Shown one piece after another: positions 18,870-30,900 of a stretch of 64,000 bases of DNA. A model generated the notes under the pieces. It saw only the letters and a list, made by a program, of their open reading frames with translations. It was not told where the DNA came from and did no database searches. Position 1 is the first letter of the stretch, and each line of letters opens with the position of its first letter. Both the position numbers and the translations under genes were made by a program. Source of the stretch: Diplonema japonicum. Its lineage: Eukaryota > Protista > Euglenozoa: Diplonemea. The stretch covers positions 620,001 through 684,000 of the forward strand of contig OZ025654.1 of assembly GCA_964019335.1 (NCBI GenBank). The letters are read 5' to 3'.

Positions 18870-19886
18870 TCAGAATCTCGAATTTTTATAAAATCTCTTC
18901 GATCGCATGGTCTCCTCACAACAGACCCATTTCAACCATGTGGGGCAGCATGACGCTGCCTTCATGAGGTACTGCGGCTTGACCTCCCCCTTTGCGTTCA
19001 CCGAGACAAGGAGGTTGCTGATGGCTGTAGAGCGGTCCCTTCTAGCAACAACACGAGGGAGGAGCCCAGAATGGTCGGGGATGTTAGGGTCCGCGCCTGC
19101 TTGTAGCAGAGCTTCAACACAATAAAACGACTTCACCTGCACCGCAACAAGAAGAGGTGTCTCCCCCGAAAGGTCTCGGGAGTTGAGGTTCACATTTGTC
19201 GCGCCTACCAGGAACCGTACCTTTTTGAAGTCGCCGTCGAAGCAAGCTACGTGCAGCGCAGTGCGGTTGAAGAAGCCCTTGGCTTGCGTGTTCACGTTAC
19301 ACCCTTTCTGAAGAAGCTCTTCTACAGTCGGGATGTCTTTGATGTCGTACAGGGGGGTTCTCCCTTTGTTGTCGGCTGCGTTCACACAGCTGTCCCCTGC
19401 AGCCATGCAGAGTGCCTTAACCATTGCTGGCGACCTTGCTGAAAAAACAGGTGTTTTCCCCTCATTATCTTTGTGTGTTACGTTGGCTCCCCAGCTTCGT
19501 AGCAACGGTATTGCCGAGCTTTGGTCGGCGGTCGCTGCTACGTGGACAGGGTTGCGGCCTTCGTGGTTCGTTACTTCTTGATCTTCGCTGTCTATGGATT
19601 CTAGTATTTCAGGCAAGGCTTCTATGTTCTCGTAGGTTATGGTGTGCATTATAGACTCGGGATCGATTTGGGGTTTTTCTCTTATAGTGATTTCAAAGCC
19701 TTCAGAGGCACCCCAGGTGGATACTTCTCCCTTGATCACCCGGCCTTCGTAGAGGACCTGCACGTGATCCTCGTCCAGTTTCAGCGCCTTGCAGGCCTCT
19801 GTCTTCACGTCCTTGGCGGTAGCGTCGCTGTTGATTGTAATCGTGCTTTGCTGCCCTCCCTCAGGTCCCTTTACTATTACATTCAT
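18870..19886 (-). CDS. Ubiquitin-like domain plus ankyrin repeat protein
   Basis: N-term MNVIVKGPEG...QVLYEGRVI (Ubl-like); ankyrin motifs GRNPVHVAA, GKTPVF, GRTPLY, RTALHVAC, GETPLLVAV. Confidence 0.85.
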   Translation of the reverse strand: MNVIVKGPEGGQQSTITINSDATAKDVKTEACKALKLDEDHVQVLYEGRVIKGEVSTWGASEGFEITIREKPQIDPESIMHTITYENIEALPEILESIDSEDQEVTNHEGRNPVHVAATADQSSAIPLLRSWGANVTHKDNEGKTPVFSARSPAMVKALCMAAGDSCVNAADNKGRTPLYDIKDIPTVEELLQKGCNVNTQAKGFFNRTALHVACFDGDFKKVRFLVGATNVNLNSRDLSGETPLLVAVQVKSFYCVEALLQAGADPNIPDHSGLLPRVVARRDRSTAISNLLVSVNAKGEVKPQYLMKAASCCPTWLKWVCCEETMRSKRFYKNSRF

Positions 19887-20423
19887 TTTTTTTTTGTTTT
19901 TTTGTTGCTGTGATGTGTCACATAGTGAATGGGGGAATAAGAGTGGGGGAAGAATGGATGGTGAGGAGGAGGAGGGGGGAAACACTCACGTTATTATTCC
20001 TAGGCACACGTATGTTTTTAAATTTTGCTTAGATTTCTCACAAAAAGGGGATGAAAGGAAGAAAAAAGAGGAAAAGAGCGCGGAAGAATCCTACGCACTT
20101 TTGGTAATTTGAACAACAAAACAAGAATGGAGAAAGAAGGGAGGGGGGGGGGGAAGAGAGGGAAAAAAAATAGACACCACCATTGAGAAGTCCCAGCGGG
20201 CACAATTTTCTTTTCTCCTTTTTCTTTCCCCCCCTTAGCTTCGTCCCGTTCGAGCGCCGATTTTGACCAAACGAAGAGTCGGGTTGATTGTTGTTTGTGC
20301 ACAACAAAAAAAAAATAAAAATAAACAAAATATCAGGCGCTCATCCCTTTTTAAGACTGGTGAAGAAGAAGAAGAAGAAAAATCACGTTGGAGAGAAAAG
20401 AGAAGGAAAACAGGACGTAGCAC

Positions 20424-22064
20424 CTACATGTTCATCAAACCCTTAAGGAGGGAAGGGTAATGAGGGGTACCGAGACCAGTGGTGGGGTCCCAGCCAGGCG
20501 CGGCTTCCCAGCCATCTTTCGTCTCGCAGCCCTCTGTCTTGCCTGAGGTGACGTCGTTGAAGGCCGTCTTGTCGGTCTTGTAAATCTGGTAAAGGGCAGG
20601 GGCAAGCAGCCCAAGGGGAGGCTTACCTGCAGCAAGCCTTGCGTCAGTAATGAGTCCAATCATGGCAGAGAAGATCGGGGTGGCACATGATGTTCCCTTT
20701 ACAGAGAGATCGCAAATCCCATGCACGCAGATAGCCACAGAGCCGCAGGCCGCGACGTCAGGGTACCCACGCCCAGTCTTGTCAAAGTACGCTGAAGGGG
20801 GAAACTTCACATTGGGCTGTGCAAAGTATGCTTCGATGGCCTCTGCCTGCCACGCCTGTCGGGTGTAGTTAGCACTGAACCCACCGCTGGAGTACTCAGC
20901 AGTGCGGGACCCAAGCTTGCAGTTCGCGGTGGCACCCACGGATGTGATATGTGGCAGGGCAGCAGGGAAGTTCGCATGGTACATGTCCACAAGGAACCCA
21001 CACCCTGCACCGTTGTCGCCAGATGCGGAGATCACGGTCAGACCACGCGCAGCAAGCTTTTGCAGTTCAGCGTCGGACCTGTCCATGTACACCTTAGTGA
21101 GGGTGTTCATCCCCTCACCGTAGGAGATTGAGAACACGTTGGGGACGTTCGTGGCGGACGAGACGTTGGAGAAGAACTCCATCCACGGCTCCTCGTTGTT
21201 GATGCTATTTTTGTTTTGGTTCGTCCACACCCATGTCTCGACCCCTGCCCCCACGCCGAGCAGGTACTGCGCGTCGAGCGCCGCTTCCTCGCCTGTCCCC
21301 GACTGGAAGGGACCTACCTTGCGGGCCATGGTTTGTCCTTTCTGAGCAGGGATGTACTTCGCCTCGAATGTTTGCAGGTCATCGGGAGAGTACCACTGCC
21401 CGAGGAACTGTGTGAAACAAGATGTGGCGTTGCCGCCCGACGGTGAGACTCCTGTAAGACCGTACGAGCTGCGAACCTCCTCAATGAAGTTAGGAACAGG
21501 AATGCCAGAGGAGACAGATGTCGCTGAGAACTTCGAAACAGTATGGTGGAAGCGAATGAGTCCGGTGACTACATCCACGACGGCGGAGACCTCTGAGGGG
21601 AGCTGGTACGCACCCTCGCAGGCACGGGTTGTGACAGTGCCGTGGGATTTCCATTTACAGAAATCCGTTTTGAAGTATGTGCGTGCTACGCCAACAGTGC
21701 ACCACGCACGGACGAAGTCTCCAGAGGGAAGCACCTCCACATCCTGCATCCCGTTGTTCTTCAGGCTGTTCACAACTGTTGTCGTGTGGGCTTCCGGTGC
21801 CTTCATTCTCTCGGATATCTCGTTCACGGTGACATACCTCCCATAGTTCGGAGAGGTGAGGTCGCTTACTTCTGAGACCTTTTGGCTGAGCCACTCCTTC
21901 GCCGCGTTGCTGTGTTTCAATGCAAATGTGAACCCTACTCGTTCATCGTCACTTGCCTTTCCTTGTTGTTGCCACTCGGCAGAGGGGAGCTTCACCTTTT
22001 CGTGGTTCACATGGGCGCCAAGGCCTGTCCCCACTGCTAGCATTGTAATTGCAATTCTCAGCAT
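20424..22064 (-). CDS. Secreted S53 sedolisin / tripeptidyl-peptidase I-like protease
   Basis: Signal peptide, prodomain (SPNYGRY), EAALD, SISYG, ASGDNG, GRGYPDVA, GTSCATP, GWDPTTGLGTP. Confidence 0.93.
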   Translation of the reverse strand: MLRIAITMLAVGTGLGAHVNHEKVKLPSAEWQQQGKASDDERVGFTFALKHSNAAKEWLSQKVSEVSDLTSPNYGRYVTVNEISERMKAPEAHTTTVVNSLKNNGMQDVEVLPSGDFVRAWCTVGVARTYFKTDFCKWKSHGTVTTRACEGAYQLPSEVSAVVDVVTGLIRFHHTVSKFSATSVSSGIPVPNFIEEVRSSYGLTGVSPSGGNATSCFTQFLGQWYSPDDLQTFEAKYIPAQKGQTMARKVGPFQSGTGEEAALDAQYLLGVGAGVETWVWTNQNKNSINNEEPWMEFFSNVSSATNVPNVFSISYGEGMNTLTKVYMDRSDAELQKLAARGLTVISASGDNGAGCGFLVDMYHANFPAALPHITSVGATANCKLGSRTAEYSSGGFSANYTRQAWQAEAIEAYFAQPNVKFPPSAYFDKTGRGYPDVAACGSVAICVHGICDLSVKGTSCATPIFSAMIGLITDARLAAGKPPLGLLAPALYQIYKTDKTAFNDVTSGKTEGCETKDGWEAAPGWDPTTGLGTPHYPSLLKGLMNM

Positions 22065-22595
22065 TTTTTGTATTTATTTTTATTTTATTTTTCTTATTTT
22101 TTATTTTGTAATGTTAAAAGAAAACTCGGCACCTTACAGCGTGAACAACAAAATAAAGTATTTAGCGAGGGTGGGGTAAATATATAAGAGGGGGGGGGGG
22201 GGGGGGAAGATAAAGAAGGCAAAGTACGAGCAGTGTAAATAGTCGCTGGTATGTATAAATGAAATGTGGGCTTTTTTTTTTTTTTAAACCATGGTTTTTC
22301 TTTTTAAAAGGAGAGGTAAAAAAAAAAAATAAAAGGGAAGGAAGGTTTTTATTTTTTATTTTTATTTTTTTATTTTGTTGTCATATAACCATGTGCTGTC
22401 TTCGTACCAAACTTGAGATGAAGCTTCTGGCTCCAAAAGAGATGAAAAAAAGTATAAAAGCAAAGTATTAAAGGCAGTCCAGCTTCCACATTTGGTTCGA
22501 GGGGGGGAGAGGGAACACAGTGACACAAGGTAATATAAGAATTATCTTTTGAGAAAGGGAGCAAGGGGGGAAAAATTCTTTTTTTTTTCCAGTTC

Positions 22596-22631
<36 letters not shown>

Positions 22632-22751
22632 CCCGTTTAAAAAAAAAAGGAGCAAGATGTTTTCATAATTCTCTTCGTTTCTTGCTGGGTCGTGCTGCTA
22701 TAAAAGTGCACAACCTGCACGCAATGCCGCAAATAAGAAAAAGGTCAAAAT

Positions 22752-22831
22752 AACTAGTTTGGCGCTTTTCAATCTGTTTACGCGCACGAGCGGGATTCTC
22801 CTCTAATAAAATAGCTCATTACGCTGTTATC
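22752..22831 (-). repeat. Short dispersed repeat, copy 1 (partner 23752-23825)
   Basis: Shared blocks tagtttgg, gcgcacgagcg, taaaa, ctcattacgc in the same order. Confidence 0.7.
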
Positions 22832-22878
22832 AAACAGAAAACTGGTGTTTCTGCGGGCTTTTGAACCCCCCCCCCCCC

Positions 22879-22960
22879 CAGGCATGGCGAAACGAAATGT
22901 TTTCCGCACGTTTTCGCACTTTCAGGGCTGATCCAAAACCTTCGCAACGAAAGCTGTTTT
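22879..22960. mobile_element. Probable MITE left-end remnant
   Basis: ttttgaa, C-run, then CAGGCATGG with CGAAA/TTTCG repeats; no right TIR. Confidence 0.35.
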
Positions 22961-23507
22961 TTAACTTACTTTTTTTTTTTTTCTTCCGCTCGTTCTTTTC
23001 CGGGGCTTCAAAGCACACCAAAGATCGAGTTTTTTTTTTTTTTTTTTTTTTGTTGTCTCTTTTTTCATTTCACGCACTCAACTTGGCTTGCAGTCATAAT
23101 ACGCCAAGGTAGGCCGGCTTTTTCCCTCCCAACAATAAGACTGCGAAGAGGTCATAAGGGTGACAGTAGATACCTATTTTATTTTTATTCGAGGTTCATT
23201 CTCAGGGTAAAAATGTGCCCTCCCGTTAAATAAGGAAGGAGGCCAACACCTCTGCCATACCCTTCGAATGGGTCCCAAAATAATATCAGTATTAAAATCA
23301 GTGCCAGGACATCTGACTTTCTATAGACAAATAGTTATTATTCCCCACCCCCTAATAGCCGATCTCATAGCGGTGAGTGAGAATGGGGAGGAGGGGGTGT
23401 ATTTTTTTTTTTTTTTGGTAGAATTTTCAACCCAGCATCCCCTCGGGGGGTTATGTGGAGTTGCATCGAAAAAAAACAAAATCTTCATGGTTCTGTATTC
23501 TTTTCTT

Positions 23508-23539
<32 letters not shown>

Positions 23540-23751
23540 TTTTTTTTCTCCTTTTCTTCTTTTTTTTATCATTTGATCTTTGCTTCACCTCACACCCCTC
23601 CCTGCTTTTGTGGCAACAGCTAAAAAAGAAGGAGGACGGCGAATTTGGTGTTTTTTTTTTTTTTTTTTTTTTTTTTCCCTTCTTTTCTTTTTTTTTTTTT
23701 TCTTCCTCCATAGCAATTACACAATTGAAGAAAAAGAAAAAAAGAAAAAAA

Positions 23752-23825
23752 AACTTAGTTTGGTGCCTTTGTTTGTGCGCACGAGCGTTGTGCTACCCTA
23801 TAAAACTACTCATTACGCATCTATC
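23752..23825 (-). repeat. Short dispersed repeat, copy 2 (partner 22752-22831)
   Basis: Same ordered blocks as 22752-22831; followed by a T tract on the minus strand. Confidence 0.7.
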
Positions 23826-24028
23826 CTCGAGTTTCTTTAAAATAAAATTGTTTAAAAAAAAAAATAGATAATAGTTAGGTACTATCCTCATCAGGCTTTT
23901 TTTGCTTGGGGCAATTTACTCCCAAGAGGGAAGACGAGGTAGTGTAGAAGGTTTTAAAAAAAAAGGAGAGTCCGAAGAAGAGACAAACAGAGAACATAAA
24001 TGAAGAGAAAAAAAAAAAGAAAAAAAAA

Positions 24029-24340
24029 TGGGGCTTTGATTGCAACACTAGGTGGCGTTAAGCGTGCAATGAAGCACGAACTACCTACTTATTACAGGGG
24101 GCGCTCCTCGGCCGAGCAGTAGCTTCTTCTGCGTTCCGCGTCGTGTCCTAATGCGTGCGGTGTGCTCAACCCTAGCGGTAACCAAGATTCTGCGCTCGTG
24201 CAGTTTGCTGCCTGTTCGTCACCCTGAGCATCTGCATTACGTTCTTCCACTCGGGCGCTACCGGTGATGACCGACGAGGAGGTCAACAGCGAACAACACA
24301 TCTGATGTACTTCTTATATTTTCATGTTATCCCCACCACC
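24029..24340 (-). mobile_element. Ribozyme-headed short retroposon (~310 bp), T-tailed
   Basis: Starts at ribozyme G1 after TTTTTTA; GC-rich non-coding body ends at a T tract (24028 and below). Confidence 0.6.
24207..24340 (-). ncRNA. HDV-like self-cleaving ribozyme with long J1/2
   Basis: P1 GGUGGUG/CAUCACC; P2 GCUGUUG/CAG(G)CAGC; P3 ACC/GGU; L3 UCCUCGUC; GG for P1.1; P4 CGCCC-GAGU/GCUC-A-GGGUG; J4/2 AC-GAA with catalytic C. Confidence 0.8.
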
Positions 24341-24929
24341 TAAAAAACCAAATGTCAAATTGAAGTTCTTGCGCCTGTCCAAGAGAAAGGGTAGGGAGGG
24401 GGCGGGGGGGTTAAACTCTTGATGTAACGACAGCACCTCAGCTGTCCCATCAAAAAACATTCCCCAAGTAGCCTAGCCTCACCATCTCCTTACTCCTTCT
24501 TCTTTCTTCTTCTTCTTCCTCTTCTTTTTTTTCTCTTCTTTCATGGTCGCGAGGCAATGGGATGGACCTGGGAAGGAGGTGTTCATAGAGTATTTCTTTA
24601 TTACCTGCTAAAAGAAAAACTAGTGTAGGTGGTTCCTCGTTTACCGCTTACCGGACCAACGGGACGAAAGAGAGGGAGGGGGGGGGGGGGGGGGGGGGTA
24701 GAATAAGAAACAAAATGAGAGGGAAAAAAATGCCTTTAAGGCGGGGTGAATAATAAGCACGATGGAATCACAACGGAGGCCCACTTCTATCCTTAGAATG
24801 GTTTTTTTTATTTATTATTCCCTTTTTTCTGGGGGGGTTTTCTTTTCAAAAAAAAAGTTTTTCTTTTTGTTAACTTTTACAAAAGAGAGCAAATAATTGT
24901 ACAAGAAAAAATAATTAGGGGAAAAAAGA

Positions 24930-27900
24930 TCAAATTTGCGCATATTGCAAGGAAGGGGCGGCACCAATCTCTGTGCCTGAAGAGGCCCTCCTTGCCTCAG
25001 ACTCGAGGTCTGTGTAGACAGACTCTCTGCGTGTTGTCTCCTCGGAGAGGGTCCTAGTGAAGGTGTTGAGATCCACCTGTTGGCTTCTTCTGTATAGGTA
25101 GAACCCCACCATGCCTACGATGGCTAAGAAGCCTACTATAGCGAGTAAGATATAGAGAATCAACGAGCCTTTGGACACACCATCGTCGCTATCTGCTGCA
25201 CCCTTGAGGGTCCCGTCCACGTTCCATTTCTCGTCCGGAACAACGTATTCTTGAGGAGCCTGTTCCTTGGGTGTAGGGTTGGTAGGGGTGGCCCCCTCGG
25301 GTGTCGACTTGTCGGGGTCCCCAGGCGGGCGGATCGCGTTGCAAGTTGCCCTCCCGCCTGTTGCCCGTATCCCGTTCTGACACGTGCAAACAAAGTCCTT
25401 CAAACTGTCCCAGGTCTGCACAGGATCGTTGCACTCCTGCTCCACCCCGCAAGGTCCTGCGGAGCACTCGTTTTTATCGCACACAGCAGGGCCGTCTACT
25501 TGTTTCCTATCAATGTTCTTACACGTGCACACAAAGTCATGCCGCGATAGGTATGTCACATCTGGGTCATCGCAGCTCTGCCTCGCTCTGTCGCCGCATG
25601 GGTAGGGGTCGGTCTCGCACTCATTGTATTCGCACGTTGCCTTCCCGCCTGTCGCCTTCACTCCGTTGGGGCATGTGCAGGTGAAGTCTTTCAAACTCGT
25701 TGATGACTTATCAAGATCATCGCACACCTGCCCCTCGTCGCCGCAGGGCGTTCTCTTGCACTCGTCGTACTCACATGCTGCAGGGGATCCCACCTTCTGC
25801 ACGCTTGTGTCATTTTCGCAGCTGCACACATAGTCGTGCTGCATGTTGTACCGGTCATCCGGGTCGTTGCATGTCTGCCCCTGGCCGCAAGGGTCTTCGT
25901 CGCACTCGTCCAGCTCGCATGTTGCATTACCCCCAGTAGCCGTCACCCCGTTGATGCATGTGCAGGTGAAGTCCTTCAGAGAGTGTCGTGAGATATTTTC
26001 GTCTTTACACGCTTGGCCTGACATGCAGCTCACCACCTGGCACTCGTCGTACTCGCACAACGCAGGGCCGTCCACTTGCTTCAAGCTTGCATCGCTATCA
26101 CAGGTGCATTCGTAGTCGTGCTGCATGTTGTATCTTGCATCAGGGTCGTTGCAGGATTGCCCTACACCGCAAGGGGCAGCTAGGCATTCATCTAGCTCGC
26201 ATGTTGCACTACCTCCAGTAGCCTTCACCCCGTTGATGCATGTGCAAGTGAAGTCCTTCCGAGAGTGTCGTGAAGTGTTCACGTCCTCGCACGTTTGGCC
26301 TGACATGCAGCTCACCACCTGGCACTCGTCGTACTCGCACAACGCAGGGCCGTCCACCTGGATCAGCGACGTGTCGTTGTCGCAGGTGCAGGTGAAGTCA
26401 TGTTGCATGTTGTACTTCTTATCAGGGTCATTGCAAGTCTGTCCCGCACCACAAGGGTCCACTGTGCACTCATCCAGCTCACAAGTGGCAATACCACCAG
26501 ATGCCTGCACACCGTTGGCACATGTACACGTGAAGTCTTTCAAGGAATGCACAGACTTATTCAGATCCAAACACGTCTGCATAGCCCCACAGAGGTTGTT
26601 GTTGCACTCATCATTCTCACATGTTGCAGGGCCATCCACTTGCATGATGCTTGTGTCCGCATCGCAGGTGCAGGTGAAGTCGTGTTGCATGTTGTACTTC
26701 TTGTCAGGGTCATTGCAAGTCTGTCCTGCCCCGCAAGGGTTCGTTGTGCACTCATCCAGCTCACAAGTGGCAATACCACCAGATGCCTGCACACCGTTGG
26801 CACATGTACACGTGAAGTCTTTCAAGGAATGCACAGACTTATTCGGGTCCAAACACGTCTGCATAGCCCCACAGAGGTTGTTGTTGCACTCATCATTCTC
26901 ACATGCTGCAGGGCCATCCACTTGCATGATGCTTGTGTCCGCATCGCAGGTGCAGGTGAAGTCGTGTTGCATGTTGTACTTCTTGTCAGGGTCATTGCAA
27001 GTCTGTCCTGCCCCGCAAGGGTTCGTTGTGCACTCATCCAGCTCACACGTCGCGCTACCGCCAGTTGCTTGCACACCATTAGTACAGGTGCAGGTGAAGT
27101 CCTTCAGCGAGTGCCGTGAAACGTTTGGGTCAAGACACGTTTGCCCTGTTGCACAAATAGTCTGCAAGCACTCATCGTACGTACACTTTGCCGGGCTATC
27201 GACCTGGAACACAGTAGCGTCGCTGTCACAAGTGCACGTGAAGTCGTGCTGGCTCGTGTACTTCTTATTGGGATCGTTGCAAGTCTGCCCTGTACCGCAG
27301 GGATCAGCTACGCATTCGTCCAGCTCGCATGTGGCGCTGCCACCCGTTGCCTTTACGCCATTTGTACATGTGCAAGTAAAGTCCTTCAACTTGTGTGTGC
27401 TTTGGTCCGGATCCACGCACAACTGCCCTGTAGCACAGGGGTTGGCCACACACTCATCGTAAGAGCACAAAGCTGGACCGTCTATCTGTGTTCTCGTGGG
27501 GTCGGAAGCGCAAGTGCACGTGAAGTCATGCTGGCTCGTGTACATCTTGTTGGGGTCGTTGCAAGTCTGCCCTGTGCCACAAGGGGCTTTCGTGCACTCA
27601 TCCAATTCACATGTGGCACTCCCGCCAGTCGCCTTCACACCGTTGGTGCACGTGCAGATAAAATCGTTCTTCACGGCAGAAGACGTGTCAGGGTCATTAC
27701 ATGTCTGTGGGGCTGCGCAAGGTGACGCTAAACACTCGTCAAGTACGCATGACGCAGGCATGCCCGGTGCAGTCCCCGTAGCGGGTGCATTGCACGAGCA
27801 AACGAAGTCGTTCAGGGATGCAGGAGTAGTGACTGGATCGGAGCAGGCTTGGCTTCCACATGGGTTGGCAAGGCACTCATCCAGGACACAGGTAGCGAGT

Positions 27901-30900
27901 TGCCCTTTTGCTGTACCAGTTCCCGTTTTGCAGGAACAGACATAATCACCTGTGCTTGAAGCTTGCTGGTTGGGATCCTGACACAGTTGGGTGGCACCGC
28001 AAGGATTGGTAGAACATTCATCTGAGGCACCTGCGCTGCAGGTGGCTATTCCACCCACTTTAGTAGGCGTGCCACCGGGGCACGAACACACATAATCGCC
28101 TGAGCTGCTTGCTCGCGTATCAGGATCGGAACACGACTGCGATGCGCACGGCGAGGACCCACACTCGTCGATCACACACACAGCTGGCTTGCCCGTGGCG
28201 GTTGTTGCTGTGTCCGCTGTGCACGTGCACGTAAAGTCCGATGTTGAGCTCACTCGCTTGTCACCATCAACGCACGTTTGACTTGTACCGCAGGGTGCGG
28301 CCGTACACTCATCGAGCTCACAGGTTGCCTTCGCCCCTGTTGCTGTTGTTGCAGGGTCATTGTCGCAGGTGCAAGTATAATCTTTTAAACTCTTTGGCGA
28401 CTTGTTAGCGTCAGCACACGTCTGTTGTGTGCCGCACGGATTAGGTGTGCACTCGTCACGCTCACAGGTTGCAGCGCCCCCTACTTTTACAATGCTGGCA
28501 TCCGCCTTACACGAGCACGTGTAGTCGAACTGGGAACTGTACTTGGTGTCAGGGTCATTGCAGTCCTGACCTGTACCGCACGGGTTGCTGGTACACTCAT
28601 CAAGAATACAAGTAGCCTTCGCCCCAGTAGCCTTTGTTGCAGGATCGTTGTCGCAGGTGCATGTGTAGTCCTTCACCGTGTGGATGGTGGGACTTGGGTC
28701 GTTGCAGGTCTGTCCAGTTCCGCAGGGCTTGGAAGCACACTCATCCTTCGAGCATGTGGCAGCTGTTCCAATCTTCTTGATTGTTGCGTCAGCTTTGCAA
28801 GAACACTCAAAGTCAAGATGCGCACTGTACTTGGTATCAGGGTCATTACAGTCCTGGTCAGCACCACATGGGTTGCTGGTACACTCATCGAGAACACAAG
28901 TAGCCTTCGCCCCAGTAGCCTTTGTTGCAGGATCGTTGTCGCAGGTGCATGTGTAGTCCTTCACCGTGTGGATGGCGGGACTTGGGTCATTGCAGGTCTG
29001 TCCAGTGCCGCAAGGCTTGGAAGCACACTCGTCCTTCGAGCACGTGGCAGCTGTTCCAATCTTCTTGATGGTCGCGTCTGCCTTGCAGGAGCACTCATAA
29101 TCAAGCTGAGAGCTGTACTTGGTATCAGGGTCATTACAGTCCTGGTCAGCACCACACGGGTTGCTGGTACACTCATCGAGAACACAAGTAGCCTTCGCCC
29201 CAGTAGCCTTTGTTGCAGGATCGTTGTCGCAAGTGCATATGTAGTCCTTCACCGTGTGGATGGTGGGACTTGGGTCATTACAGGTCTGTCCAGTGCCACA
29301 AGGCTTGGAAGCACACTCATCCTTCGAGCATGTGGCAGCTGCGCCAATCTTCTTGATGGTCGCGTCTGCCTTGCAGGAGCACTCATAATCAAGCTGAGAG
29401 CTGTACTTGGTATCAGGGTCATTACAGTCCTGGTCAGCACCACACGGGTTGCTGGTACACTCATCAAGAACACAAATAGCTTTCGCCCCAGTAGCCTTTG
29501 TTGCGGGGTCGCTGTCGCAGGTGCATGTGTAGTCCTTCACCGTGTGGATGGTGGGACTTGGGTCATTGCAGGTCTGTCCAGTGCCGCAGGGCTTGGAAGC
29601 ACACTCATCCTTCGAGCATGTGGCAGCTGTTCCAATCTTCTTGATTGTTGCGTCAGCTTTGCAAGAACACTCAAAGTCAAGATGCGCACTGTACTTGGTA
29701 TCAGGGTCATTACAGTCCTGGTTAGCACCACACGGGTTGCTGGTACACTCATCAAGAATACAAGTAGCCTTCGCCCCAGTAGCCTTTGTTGCAGGATCGC
29801 TGTCGCAGGTGCATGTGTAGTCCTTCACCGTGTGGATGGTGGGACTTGGGTCATTGCAGGTCTGTCCAGTTCCGCAAGGCTTGGAAGCACACTCATCCTT
29901 CGAGCATGTGGCAGCTGTTCCAATCTTCTTGATTGTTGCGTCAGCTTTGCAAGAACACTCAAAGTCAAGATGCGCACTGTACTTGGTATCAGGGTCATTA
30001 CAGTCCTGGTCAGCACCACATGGGTTGCTGGTACACTCATCAAGAACACATGTTGCTTTTGCACCAGTAGCCTTTGTTGCAGGATCGTTGTCGCAGGTGC
30101 ATGTGTAGTCTTTAAGGCTCGACAAGGTTTTCCCAGGGTCGTTACATGTCTGCCCCGTACCGCAGGGCTTGGAAGCACACTCATCCTTCGAACATGTAGC
30201 AGCTGCGCCAATCTTTTTTACGCTAGGGTCGGCTTTGCAAATACATTCGAAGTCATTATGCGCACTGTACTTGGTGTCAGGGTCGTTACAATCCTGGTCG
30301 GAACCGCATGGGCTGGTGCTGCACTCATCAAGTTCACAGGTAGCTTTTGCACCAGTAGCCTTTGTTGCAGGGTCGTTGTCGCAGGTACACGTATAGTCCT
30401 TGATGTCTTTAGCCGTCGGCTTAGGGTCGTTGCAAGACTGTCCTGTCCCGCAAGGGCCGGCTGCACATTCATCCTTTGAACACAGTGCAGGACCGTCCAC
30501 CTTTGTGATGCTCGAGTCGGATTTGCAGGTACAGACGAAATCGTGCTGGCTGCCATAGCTTGTGTCGGGGTCGTTACAATCCTGGTCGGCACCGCACGGA
30601 CTGGGGTTTGCAGTGCACTCATCCATGGTACATGTAGCGGCGGCCCCTGTGGCCTTTATGCTCGGGTCCGCGTCGCAGCTACACACGTAGTCATTGAGGC
30701 TGCTTGGGGCAGCGTTGGGATCCTTGCAGGTCTGCCCAGTGCCACAGGGGTTCGTCGCGCACTCGTCGCCTGCCGAGCACACCTGCCTGGAGGGGATGAA
30801 CACATCCCTGTCGTACACTCCGAGTTGCCTCTTGAAAGCACAAGTCCCTTTGCATGCCTTGGGACAGATATCATCGCCAGGGAGGAAGGGGTTGGTCCCG

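Noticed and set aside
22259-23871. Phe/Lys-rich ORFs across intergenic homopolymer tracts (also near 5.2-6.2, 20, 40.5-41 and 42-44 kb)
   Set aside because: Translations of poly(T)/poly(A) runs, not genes.
23872-23903. Hammerhead-like CUGAUGA-GG...CC on the minus strand
   Set aside because: The GAAA core is missing (UAAC instead) and stems I and III were not found.
24555-24590. ACC-UCCUUCCCA-GGU resembling an HDV P3/L3
   Set aside because: No complementary P1 5' strand and no P1.1 GG.
28550-30400. Regularly spaced repeats considered as a CRISPR-like array
   Set aside because: In-frame coding repeats with no unique spacers, in a eukaryotic context.
26125-30479. Plus-strand ORFs of 445 and 684 aa
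   Set aside because: Antisense to the Cys-repeat gene with no independent motifs.
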